A program made the position numbers and the translations under genes. The notes under the pieces are model-generated. The model did no database searches. It had not been told where the DNA came from and saw only the letters and a list, made by a program, of their open reading frames with translations. Below, one piece after another: positions 20,531 to 30,596 of a stretch of DNA of 64,000 nucleotides (position 1 is the stretch's first letter; each line of letters opens with the position of its first letter). This DNA is from Cyanophora paradoxa CCMP329 (Eukaryota > Plantae > Glaucophyta), in the NCBI GenBank assembly GCA_004431415.1, contig QPMI01000176.1:62001-126000 (forward strand), written 5' to 3'.

Positions 20531-21271
20531 ATGGATCAGTCTCAAGAGCTCGCACAGTTCCAGCCGGGAGACATGAGGGTCCCTTTCAAAGCCCTATTCA
20601 TTTCAAAGTCTAATAGCGGCAAATCTTTCTACTGCACCAAACATCTGCTTCGACTGCTGTATCCAAAGATCAATCGCGTCGTAGTGTTTACGGCCACCAA
20701 ATTCAATGGTGAATACTCTGCAATAACTAAAGAGCTTTACGACGATTTTCAGCCCGCCATAGTTGCTGAAATCATTGATTCACAGCGAAATTTGATTGAA
20801 AACAAAAAGAAAGCGCCGCAGATATTGCTTGTATTGGATGATCTCGTTGCTGCCTCTGAAACTGTTGATCTGCGAAATAGCAAGACCGTTAATCGACTTT
20901 TTACACAAGGTCGTCATTTTAATATCAGTACGATTCTTATGACCCAAAAGCTTACAGCATTGAGTCAATCTATAAGATCGAACTCCGACTATTGTTTTTT
21001 CTTCAGTTACTCTAATCATACTGAACTCGAGGCAATTTATAGAGAGTTTAGTCATCTCCCGAAAGACGAATTTATTGCTTTGTTCGAAACCTGGGCGCAT
21101 GATTATCAGTGCCTAGTCCTTGATGGGACCAAGTACGATACGGCCTGGTACGTTGATAAAGCTGTTGAAGATAAGAGTTTTCGCTTTACAAAATGGCTTA
21201 AGAATGAAGAAGAGCCTAAGAAAGAATCGCCTGTTATCTATAAAAAGAGGCGTTTTAAAATCTTATCTTAA
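20531..21271 (+). CDS. A32-like (FtsK/HerA superfamily) genome packaging ATPase
   Basis: Walker A SKSNSGKS, Walker B LLVLDD and the A32-type motif LFTQGRHFNISTILMTQ..IRSNSDY. First ATG is at 20531. Confidence 0.93.
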   Translation: MDQSQELAQFQPGDMRVPFKALFISKSNSGKSFYCTKHLLRLLYPKINRVVVFTATKFNGEYSAITKELYDDFQPAIVAEIIDSQRNLIENKKKAPQILLVLDDLVAASETVDLRNSKTVNRLFTQGRHFNISTILMTQKLTALSQSIRSNSDYCFFFSYSNHTELEAIYREFSHLPKDEFIALFETWAHDYQCLVLDGTKYDTAWYVDKAVEDKSFRFTKWLKNEEEPKKESPVIYKKRRFKILS

Positions 21272-21280
21272 GAACAGAAG

Positions 21281-21910
21281 ATGGCAAGAGGCATTCCTAA
21301 GAAGGGATATCGTGAAAGACGCAAGGTCAATGTTGTTGAACCACTAGTCGAAAGTGGTGCAACAGAGGGCGCAGCTGTAGCTAATCCTAGCGGGGAGCTC
21401 GCAAGTGACCCCAAACTAAACGCACCCGTTGCTAAAACAATTGCCTCCGCAGCAGCTAACGCCAGTGCAATTGACGACCGACAAAGCCAGGTCAAAATTG
21501 TAAACGAAATGCAGTCTGATATTGATGATGATGCTGCTAGAATTTTACAAGCGATGGCGTCTGAAGCGCGGTATTCAGGGCCTAAAATCAAGACAGCAAC
21601 GGTGTCAAAAAGTCAGATTGACGAGTTGGCTGCCAAATTGCGTGATCTAGAAGCGAGGTCGGCTAATATCGAATCATATGTAAAAGATAAGCAAGAAAGA
21701 GCTAAGATCCGCGAGATGTTGCGAAGCGAAATGTTTAAGCACAGATCTATGGATGTACCAGATTTGCGCTATTTGAAAAATGAAAAAGCTAAAGCCGAGC
21801 AATCGCTTGACTCTGCCGAAGTAAAACCAGCAACTCCAAATGTTTTTGAACCCAATTCTACGAGCTCGCAGATGAAGAATGCAATGGGTGGGAGAAGGAT
21901 TCGGTTGTAA
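21281..21910 (+). CDS. Viral hypothetical protein, 209 aa, basic N-terminus and coiled coil
   Basis: ATG ORF 9 nt after the ATPase stop; heptad-like IDELAAKLRDLEARSANIESYV. Confidence 0.75.
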   Translation: MARGIPKKGYRERRKVNVVEPLVESGATEGAAVANPSGELASDPKLNAPVAKTIASAAANASAIDDRQSQVKIVNEMQSDIDDDAARILQAMASEARYSGPKIKTATVSKSQIDELAAKLRDLEARSANIESYVKDKQERAKIREMLRSEMFKHRSMDVPDLRYLKNEKAKAEQSLDSAEVKPATPNVFEPNSTSSQMKNAMGGRRIRL

Positions 21911-22433
21911 AATTCAGACGCAGAAATGGACGGTCCTCAGCTGAAGTATGCTGAAGGGCATAGGTGTCTCTGGCTTTAGCAGCAGCTTCAGCAGTAGTAA
22001 AGTATCCGATGTGTTTCAGACGACCATTTATCCCATAATGCGCCTGCCATTTTTCACGCTGCTGATGGAACGATACACCAATGAAACCGCTGGTGTTTGT
22101 GACCCGCCGATTCTGGTTTAAACTCTGCTGGCGCTTTGTCGCAAGTCGCAGGTTCTCGCGACGATCATCGAGTTTGTTTAGATTTATGTGATCGACAGTT
22201 AAACCGTTCTCCAACTCGCCGCTGATAAAATTATGCAACAACACGGTCTTCCCATTTATTTTGGTGGCAGCATATCCATTGGTATTTAACCACCAGCGAA
22301 ATCCAAGCACGCGCTGAGAATCATCCTGTGAAACAAGCGCATAAGCGACAACAATTCCGTTTCTGCCATTCCTACGACCAGTAATTGGAATCAACGCAAC
22401 ACCTTCAGGGACATCTGGAATTGTGACCTCCAT
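21858..22433 (-). CDS. HNH-AP2 endonuclease, 191 aa
   Basis: LLHNFI..VDHINLNKLDDRRENLRLAT (HNH) followed by NTSGFIGVSF..KWQA..KHIGYFTTAEAAAKARD (AP2). Confidence 0.92.
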   Translation of the reverse strand: MEVTIPDVPEGVALIPITGRRNGRNGIVVAYALVSQDDSQRVLGFRWWLNTNGYAATKINGKTVLLHNFISGELENGLTVDHINLNKLDDRRENLRLATKRQQSLNQNRRVTNTSGFIGVSFHQQREKWQAHYGINGRLKHIGYFTTAEAAAKARDTYALQHTSAEDRPFLRLNFTTESFSHPLHSSSASS

Positions 22434-22487
22434 TTGGCGCAGCCGAGCTGCTTGTCTGCGACTTTACAATCTGAGATTGAGATATCT

Positions 22488-22724
22488 TTAAGGTAAATCA
22501 AAATCGGGCAGATCCTCTCCTTCTACAGTTGCTCGATCATTCGATTGACAAATTTCAAAGGCCCGCTGCAATTCCCTTTTATCGTATTCACGGAGATGTT
22601 CCCAAGACATTAACCATTCGGCGTATTTCGGATCGGTTAAAACAACTTTCAGATGAGTTTCGCCACGGTATTTTCCAAATCGAATTGTTCCTGAGGCGCA
22701 GCGTCGCTGCTCGTCTGCGACCAT
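22488..22724 (-). CDS. Small FGKY-motif protein (DUF3820 / ExoX C-terminal-like), 78 aa
   Basis: IRFGKYRGET..V...DPKYAEWL motif; TATATAA upstream. Confidence 0.75.
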   Translation of the reverse strand: MVADEQRRCASGTIRFGKYRGETHLKVVLTDPKYAEWLMSWEHLREYDKRELQRAFEICQSNDRATVEGEDLPDFDLP

Positions 22725-22825
22725 TTTGCTTTATATAAACCGCTGCGATTTAATTTTTCGATTTGAACGCGCCATAAACGTTTCTCGAATTTCTTTCCTA
22801 TATATCAATCACAGACCCACTCATA

Positions 22826-23143
22826 ATGGACAGTGCTGAATTCACGACTGCTTCCCGTCCACGAGGCAGGCCTCGCAAGAATTTTGAGAAGCCTGCGCAC
22901 ATACGTACTGAGGTTACGCCAGAGATACTTGCAGAGAGACGCAAAAGACGTGCAGAGCTGCAGCGAAAGCGATACCATGAAAATCAAGATTACCGGCAGC
23001 GACAGATTGCTGTCTCCCGTCAATATAACCTTGCACACCCTGAACGAAAACTGGACAACGACCGAAAATACCGAGAGCGAAGGCGCACTGAAATTAGGTC
23101 GCTAATTGCGGCGGGCATAGTTTCCAGCGACCTTACTGCCTAA
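22826..23143 (+). CDS. AT-hook basic DNA-binding protein, 105 aa
   Basis: RPRGRPRK AT-hook followed by an Arg/Lys-rich helical region. Confidence 0.72.
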   Translation: MDSAEFTTASRPRGRPRKNFEKPAHIRTEVTPEILAERRKRRAELQRKRYHENQDYRQRQIAVSRQYNLAHPERKLDNDRKYRERRRTEIRSLIAAGIVSSDLTA

Positions 23144-24031
23144 CCGCAGCGAAGGCTCCCCTGCAACCTCTAGTTTCTTGAGCTCACGAGCTTGTCGACT
23201 TTGTCCGCTATACTTTTTCGTTTCAATGAGACCCTCGCGCCGTAACTGTTGCTCTTGCTTTGCTTTGGCCGCAGCTCGTTCTATTTTTGACTGATTCGGA
23301 AGCTGTCTCGGGGCTCGAATTTCTGAAGGCTTGATTCTACGGCTTAATATCTGTCCCTCTTTGGTTGCGACCCTTATTCGGTTCCTGTCCTGCCCCACGA
23401 CTGTGTACGTCTCCTTGCTCCGTTTCGTAGTTCCCTTTGCAAAGATGCTGCTCTTAGGCTCCAGTATCTGCACCTCAGTCCCTGGCTTTGGTAGATTCAA
23501 CGCGTCTCTCTCAATGTCGTTCTGTCGTTGACGCACCTGGTGCAGCTGGGCAGCGACCTGCGGGTGATCTCGCATCCAGGCTGGTGAATACTCTCTGCCA
23601 AAAGAGCTGTGTTTTGTTTGGTTGTATGCCTTGATCAAAGCAGGCAGCCGGGAGAGAAAATTCGGCGACCCTCGTTCCTCTGTGTCTGCCTGAATCAGGG
23701 CTCGCAACGTCCGTGCGAATCGATCGATGATTGCTAGCTTGTCGCCTTTCGATATGTGATCATCCTTAGCGACGTCAGTGTGCATCGAAAATGAATTCTC
23801 TTCGGCCATTGCCCGCACAGCAGCCGTATTAAAGCCATTGTCGCCCGAAAAACCCCAGATCCCCGGCAGCTGAGCGATGAATTTCGGAATCTGTTTAGCA
23901 TCTTCAAGCTTTCTGACAACGGCGAATCGAGTTGCAATCTCAATCGCTGCAAATAGTCGAAAACGTCCTATGAAAAGTATGTCGACTTGATATGCCCCTG
24001 GTGGAGCAGTAATTTTAAATGAGGGCGCCAT
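23102..24031 (-). CDS. Retroviral-type (rve) integrase, 309 aa
   Basis: YQVDILF (D1), FSGDNGF (D2), IIDRFARTLR (third acidic residue), YNQTKHSS..SP and C-terminal G..V.I...FAKG..S.E.YTV; consistent with the 6-bp TSD. Confidence 0.9.
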   Translation of the reverse strand: MAPSFKITAPPGAYQVDILFIGRFRLFAAIEIATRFAVVRKLEDAKQIPKFIAQLPGIWGFSGDNGFNTAAVRAMAEENSFSMHTDVAKDDHISKGDKLAIIDRFARTLRALIQADTEERGSPNFLSRLPALIKAYNQTKHSSFGREYSPAWMRDHPQVAAQLHQVRQRQNDIERDALNLPKPGTEVQILEPKSSIFAKGTTKRSKETYTVVGQDRNRIRVATKEGQILSRRIKPSEIRAPRQLPNQSKIERAAAKAKQEQQLRREGLIETKKYSGQSRQARELKKLEVAGEPSLRLGSKVAGNYARRN

Positions 24032-27000
24032 TAGTTATTTGAAAGATTTTTAAAGTGACCTATCGCCCTGGTGTTCACACCATCCTCGCACAGGAATCGC
24101 TTGGTATCAAGCGGGTGCAGGGCTTGCTTTGATGTCCGCTGTAGCCAGATCTGGTGCTGCTTCGATCTGAAGCCGAGAATCCCCTCTACGTTGCATGATT
24201 TGCCCCCAAAGATGCAGTCGTAGTATCGCTCTCGTGTCAGCGAGCTGCTGAACGTCTTGTTAACGCCCTTGCACTTGTGCACTTCTGATTCCTCTGTGCT
24301 CATATAGTACGATTTCGGTCGGTTCGCGATCCACTCAAGCATTTGCCTGCCGCCACACTCGTCCTTGAACAGCCCGGGAACCTTGCCCATCGATCGTAGT
24401 CGCTGCACTTCAGCTGCTGGCATCCCCTCGAAGAACGGGTGACTCGTAGGGTATTCACTGACATCTAGCTCGCATTTGATTTTGCGAAGGTCCTCGTATA
24501 AATTTTCGGTCTCAATCTGAATTATGAGACTGTCTGTATCTGTTCCAAGTAGCTTAAGCCGCTGGCCCCAGAGCGGTTTGAGCACCTGGTAGTAAAACCG
24601 ATACATGTGCAGCTTTGACAAATCAAGGATTGCGAATCCACAGTAGATCGGTTTGTTGAGTGTGTATTCGCTCTTTCGCTTATTTACGTACACCAAGTTC
24701 TCGGCATAGACAGCGACCTGTCTCAAGCGATTTGGCTCTGTGTTGATTTTCGCCAGTCGTTCTCCTGATGTCACAAGCTCGGAATTGCAGTGCTTGCGCA
24801 CATTCTCCATCGTTTTCCCAAACACCGCATTATTTAGTAGCTTGTAGAGATCTTTTTCATACGGGAATTCCGCCTGCTTTCGCTTCATAGTATTCAAATC
24901 AATGTAGCTCTCAAGCCATGCACTTTGCTCGTACGAAAGCATTCTGTGTATTTTGGTAACAACCATCCCCATCGACACATAAAACTGCAACACTCGTGCG
25001 TCCACTACGTAATTCTTCTTCGGCAGCAAGTTTGGAACTAGCTTTGGCGTTCTCTCGATTCCACTAAGCTTTTCGTTTTCAATCGATTCTTGTTGTTTTG
25101 CCGACAGGTGCTCTTTTGATACGCACATGCGCTCAGGAGCTAGCGGGTAATCGCTGAAATAATCATGCAGCTCTTCAGGACAATGCATGTCAACCTCCAG
25201 AGAAAAACCCCTTGAACCATGAACATCAAGGTCTGTGATATACAGTTTAGGATCAGTAATACCACTGACGTCCTCCCATTTGAAGTCCCCTGTCGGTAGT
25301 TTTTGTTTCATAGAAAGCCCATAAAGGTTGTTCGCATCGAGGTACAGTAACCAGCCCTGCTTTTTTCTGTGACCCACGATGTACTTATCAATCCAGGCAT
25401 TATTAGCTCGAGCATATCTTTTTGATATCATAGAGATTCCTCCACGGATCCCTTTCTCAATAAAGCGGTGCATATCCTCCTGCCCTCCGTGGAACAGCTC
25501 CAGTTGCTGGCCGGTGTGTTTCAAAGCTGCTTGCCATGAGAACCCAGGAATGCTCATAAAGTAGCTGGGGTCCAGCTTGTACGTCTCCATACACGTGTCC
25601 CGGTAGTTTTCAAAGACGTCTGCTAGTAAAGCTATGTCTGTCTTCATGTACTCCATTGTATAATCAGCCATTGTCCTGCAACCAAGCTCACGCCAGACCG
25701 ACTGAGCGTGGGCATAATCATCCCGAGAGCACTTCGACTGCTTTAGCTCGTTGTAAAATTGGCGGCGCCCTGGTAGTGATGTCTCTGCAAGACGATCCCA
25801 GCCAGTAATGTACTTGTATGGATAGACACCCTTGCGCGTCATTAGTTTGAACCGTGTCTCATCCTCATGCAGTGCACGCGTGATTTTCTTTTTCTCATCA
25901 GGTACTGCAGCCGCAAGGCTATCGAGACTGCCCTGCAGGTGCTGAGCAGAGTCACGGAAAACGTAAATGCCGTATGTGAACTGTGAAATGCGCTCGCTGT
26001 TCTGAAACACCTGGTCAAACTTCGTTGACAGTAACTCACGAGGACGTAGTGTGCGCTCAAGCCGCTTCCTTGCATTTTTCGCATGATCTGCGCTCAGCTC
26101 ACGCCCTGCGTATTTGGCTTGAAACTGGCGCTCAACCTCGGCTCTGAATGCATTTTCTGCGACTTTCCGCCGGTTATAGCCTGCTGCCAGAGCCCTCACT
26201 AATAGATGAAAGTCAAATCCTCGGCCATTGTGAAAGAAGATTGGCACAGCGGCAGCTTTTGCTCGTCGCCTGTTGCAGGCCCTGCATGCCGCTCCAAGGT
26301 ACTGCCCAGAATCATGGCAATGATCACGATGTTTATCTTTGCCTCCTTTGAACTCGCTTCCACACATATAGCACGTTTCTGCTGCCTGAAAGGAGCGCTC
26401 TTGCGCCTGCGTAATCTGCATCGGCGCTTCCTCCTCCAAAATTCCCTTAAACTGCGGCTCCTTTTCATCGAGCCAAGCAATAAATGCCTCTGCAGACTCC
26501 TCAGTTGGGCTGCCCATATGCGAGAACCAAAAATGCTCCTGTCGCCTCGGCTCTGAATTTTCAACGCTGTCTGCAGTTGCATTCGTCCCTTGATTTTGTC
26601 CCTTGTTTACTACGACTAAGCAGCCGATCGAAGCTATCGCGTGGACTCCTAGCTGCTTCGTCTTTGCTGGACTCTCGGTCTGCAAAACAGGTAGAGTCAT
26701 TGTTTCCGAGTCAGCATATCCAACAAGCCTTTGCCGAATCGTCTTCTCGAAGCTGTTGAATTTTATAAAGTGCTCGCCCTTTTCGGAAGCACGTCCCTGG
26801 CGTGCTCATCTCGATCAAGGCACCGGTCGTATTTAAGATGATTCTGAAAGGCCTCGTCTGAGCCAAAGCCGCACTGGCAGGCCAAGCAATAGTGCTTCGC
26901 ATTCGACCCATGCTTTCCAAACAGTCGCGATATGTTCTTTATCCACAAATAATGTCCCACATCATTCCCGTCGCCTGCTGGCACGTACAGTATCGGTATA

Positions 27001-28073
27001 GCATCCGTTGCTGCGCTAATGTGGATCGGAACGATGTCTTGCTTGTCTAGCGCAGTCGTGTAGACGCAGAGCTTAACATTATTCGCACACTCAAATTTGC
27101 TGAACATTTTCGAATCGAGTGGCGTCGGATACGTGAGCATTGTACAATCTAGCGATGCCTCATGCTGCCGATAGCTTCCTGCATGCCTCGAATCCACCCC
27201 TGGGGCCAGCGGATTGCGCGCTGCGAGGACAGCATATTTAAAGCACTCGTTGTTTGGTGCATTGATATTGATCAAGGCCTGCTTGAGTGCAAGCCAGCTC
27301 GGAAGTACAAACCCGCGTCCGCGGCCGCCCATACGTCTGAAGTATCTAATCACGGTAAAGCGTAGCTTAATCCACGTCTCGAAGGCGGAAGAATCACGGC
27401 TCTTTTCCTGCGCAATAGTATCTAGCTCTTCCAGCTGTGAGCGGATCGTCTCAACAACGTCTGAGCCTGGGAGTATGCGGTAAAATTTCCTGTGCTCAAT
27501 CACTACTGCAAGCGCTGAGTCTTCGTTAGGCTTGCGATAGAGTCCGACTCCTGAGACCTGCAAAGCTATGCCCATTCGATCCTGACTTGCTAATTCTTGC
27601 TGCACGCTCGCAAACGCCACTGCGCCTGCTCTGAACCTCGCATTATTTTCGAGCTGCGCCTGCATCGACGTGACTCGGCCTGTTCCACGTGAGGGCCGGT
27701 ACTCCCAGTCAGCGTATGTCCCGTTCAGCGCTGTTCGTGTCGTCACTGTGCCGTCCTCCTCTGCAATTTCAGTTTCGCTGAACTCGCTCACGCTCGGATC
27801 GGGCAGCTCTGAAAATCCTGCTACAATCCCCTCAGCAATAGCAAGCTCTAGCCGTGCAGCTGCAACTGGTCTCGGCGGCCTCGGTACTGTTGACAGCTCG
27901 TTCAAAAGTGATGCGTATTTTTGTAGTGTCGGCAGTCGCGTGCGTGAGCCACTCGCACTGATGCGCTGCAGTTTGTTTCTGAATTGCCCATGAATAAACC
28001 TGCGATTGTACAAAACCTCGGCCTGGCCTGCTATCTGCTCTTTGAGCCGCGCGATCTCAAACCGTCGCTCCAT
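24031..28073 (-). CDS. Protein-primed family B DNA polymerase, ~1347 aa when one -1 frame change near 26780 is repaired
   Basis: Motifs YLDANNLYG, KLLNNAVFGK and GTDTDS; exonuclease GYADSE (just upstream of ATG 26700, same frame) and FFHNGRGFDFH; Endo-VII-like CYMC..DHCH..G.Y.GAAC..CN. The 436-aa upstream ORF (LININAPNNECFKYAV..HYLWIKNISRL..CLAC) is the expected N-terminal part. Confidence 0.95.
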
Positions 28074-28220
28074 TTAACAATAGCACTCCAAAAGATTTTC
28101 AGAGAAAGCGCGCAACCAACCGCTCGTTCCTATAGGGCGGTGCGATTCCTTTATAACATGTCACTGAGGCACATTGTGTGGTAGATCGCAGCTGGTGCTG
28201 CTTGGAAAACTGATAGCTGA

Positions 28221-29055
28221 GTTGGCGCTCTTGCGGCGGCGATGTAAAAGGATACGCAAATGCATTTAAATTCGAATTCTAGTAGCGCTTATAACACTAC
28301 AGTAAGCAGTCTTAGAAGGCATGACGTTTTGACCCCGTAAACCGCGGTTCCTCGCGACTGAGATCGAATTGGACCAAACCGCTAAGTATGCTACAGTTTT
28401 ATGATCTATATGTACGAAATCCGCTGCGATCGTGTTCAGGCGCAGCAGCGTTGCTGAGATTCTTAATCGTCGGGTTTGACGACTAAAATGTATGGCGGCT
28501 TGACCTCAGCACAGAAGCGCACAGGGCGCCGGCCAAAGCGTACGCATGCTTAGTATGATGCGAAAGAACGATAAAACAAGCCTCCAGCGCTGGGCGTCGC
28601 AGCAGTTCCGAGCTTTTGAACGTTTTGCCCCGAGACGTTCACCCTAGCCGGCGTGAGCTTGACGGCTTGGTCTCCGGCTCGGTCTCCGGGATCCGGCTTG
28701 GATCCGGCTTGGATCCGGCTTGAGCTTGGCGGACGTGACGCGCGCCGAAAGGACGAGTCTGGAAGCTTCCCGGACGTGACGGCCTGGAAGTTTAGGAAGC
28801 TTCTCCGTTCTATAAAGTGTGTCTCGCGCCGGCCCCGCGCATTCGAAATCTCACTCTCTCAACACCACGCTGGATCCTAAGCAGCCGCGGCAGTTCAAGA
28901 CTCCCGAGAGGAAGCTAGAACAGAATCGGCGCTACAAGAAGTCGGAGTTGGGCAAAGCTGCGAGACAGCGGGAGAACGCGAAGCACAGGGCTAGAACCGC
29001 TGCCGCAAAAGCGATAGCTATGTCGTTGCGTACAGATCTAGAGAAGAGCTTGCTT
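28221..29055 (-). repeat. Right inner diverged inverted repeat (partner 6750-7739)
   Basis: Block-wise reverse-complement similarity to the left arm, from GTTGGCGCTCTTGCGGCGG to AGAGAAGAGCTTGCTT. Confidence 0.88.
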
Positions 29056-29082
29056 GCAGAGGCGACCTACGAGCACGGACGC

Positions 29083-29685
29083 ATGGCGACGGACGCGCAG
29101 GATCCGGACGCGCCTTCAGCCCTCGGGAAGCGGGCGCGCGAGGCAAACAATGCCGATGCTCTCCGCAAGGAGCTCGCGGACATCAAAGCAAAGCTCGCTA
29201 AACAGGAGCAGCGCAATGATTGTGACCGCATTGATGCTGAAATAAGGCAGGCGATTGCAGCTGCTCGTGATGGCTTCAAAGAGCAGCACCTACACTTTCT
29301 CTTCAACCTACGCCGTGATTTGATGGTATGCCACCGACCGCCTGGCAGTTTAACGCTATCAAATGCCAGCTACACCGCCAGGCAACACGCGAGTCCGCGG
29401 GGTTCGCGACGAACGCGAAGATCTGGACCATGTACAACAAACACTGGACAGAGCTCCTTAAGCTCGTGCGTACCACTTGTTACATGGCTTTCAGTTATGT
29501 TCAGCGGTCCATAACCTGCGCAGCATCGACTCTACGAGGAAGCCGACACGGATCCGAAGGCCAATGCGGAGGCCGAGGCGGAGGCAGAGGCCGAGGCAGA
29601 GGCCGAGGCGGAGGCCGAGGCAGAGGCCGAGGCGGAGGCCGAGGCGGAGGCCGAGGCGGAGGCCGAAATGGAGGCCGATACGTAG
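29083..29685 (+). CDS. Three-exon viral terminal gene: coiled-coil protein ending in (Glu-Ala)n, 162 aa (183 aa from ATG 29020)
   Basis: Exons 29083-29325, 29382-29465 and 29524-29685; introns GTATGC..TTAAC..CGCCAG (56 nt) and GTGCGT..ATAAC..GCGCAG (58 nt). Splicing gives one open frame ..NLRRDLM-ATRESAGF..TELLKL-HRLYEEADTDPKANAEAEAE..EMEADT*. Confidence 0.7.
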
Positions 29686-29700
29686 ATCTAGACCGACGCA

Positions 29701-30248
29701 TCTCCCGAGGCCGCACCAGACCGCTCTGGGGGCCCCTACCGCTTGGGAGGTTGCCCCTGGTCGCAGACAAGCAGCGACGCTGCGCCAAGCGCCTAGATAG
29801 AGCTCGCCCGCGCTGTGCCTCACGTTCGCTCCAGACTGTAAACACGCCCAGCTAGTGCTGAACCCGTTTCCTCAGTTAGCTTCGCTGTACACATCATTAT
29901 CGCATAGCTAGCGCTGAACGTGTTTCCTCAGTTAGCTTCTCTGTACACATTAATATCGTCTAGCCTATTCTGCTTCGTTGCTATGCAGACCGCGCTCAAG
30001 GGGGGCCGCGCTCCTCTTCGTCTATTCTAGTTGTCAGCACTGTCTTGAATAGACATGAGCTATTGCTAGGCTTTGACCTAGGGAAAAGGCCGGCAGACGT
30101 AACAAGAGAGCGGGGTAGACGTAACGAGAGAGCGGGGTTGAAGGGAGAGTGGGGTGGACGCTAGGGCTGGTGCAGCAAGCGAGGGGGTGAGGGGATGGGG
30201 GTGGCGGAGAGGGGTGGGCCACCGTGGTCGGCTCTCTCTCATTTTTTT
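29701..30248 (-). repeat. Right terminal inverted repeat, 548 bp
   Basis: Ends GGTCGGCTCTCTCTCATTTTTTT; reverse complement of 6064-6611. Confidence 0.96.
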
Positions 30249-30254
30249 AAGGCA
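30249..30254 (+). repeat. Right target-site duplication AAGGCA
   Basis: Identical to 6058-6063. Confidence 0.92.
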
Positions 30255-30283
30255 TGAATTGAAAAGCGTGAAATAAACAATTT

Positions 30284-30438
30284 ATTTTTTTTGGTGAATT
30301 ACCGGCAACAGCCTCTAATCTACTCCAGCACTGTGGGGGCGTGTACAGGCAAGGTGGGGCATGATCGATCGGAATTATGTGGAACGGGCGTGATTCGAAG
30401 ACGTGGTTCTCATCGCAGGGCGATTCGAACACGGACAA
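30284..30438 (-). mobile_element. SINE-like repeat copy 2
   Basis: Direct, slightly diverged copy of 5907-6057, bounded by AAACAATTTA on both sides. Confidence 0.55.
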
Positions 30439-30461
30439 AAACAATTTAATTTGGCTGCTGT

Positions 30462-30596
<135 letters not shown>

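Larger units (their letters stand above)
6064..30248. mobile_element. Complete endogenous Polinton/Polinton-like virus, 24,185 bp
   Basis: TIRs plus 6-bp TSD; sharp drop in GC versus the host; densely packed intronless ORFs for pPolB, rve integrase, packaging ATPase, MCP, pentons and fibre. Confidence 0.96.

Noticed and set aside
29328-29855. RGG-rich, Arg/Pro-rich and Leu-Gly ORFs in the ORF track
   Set aside because: Alternative frames of the (EA)n repeat; wobble variation supports only the Glu-Ala frame.
6064-30248. Classification as a canonical virophage (Mavirus-like)
   Set aside because: No adenain-like maturation protease or SF3 helicase was recognised, and MCP affinity cannot be determined without a profile search.
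5907-30434. ~150-bp direct repeats on both sides of the element read as LTRs or att sites
   Set aside because: The true boundaries are the TIRs with the AAGGCA TSD. The repeats are diverged, offset from the right end and look like pre-existing tandem SINE-like copies.
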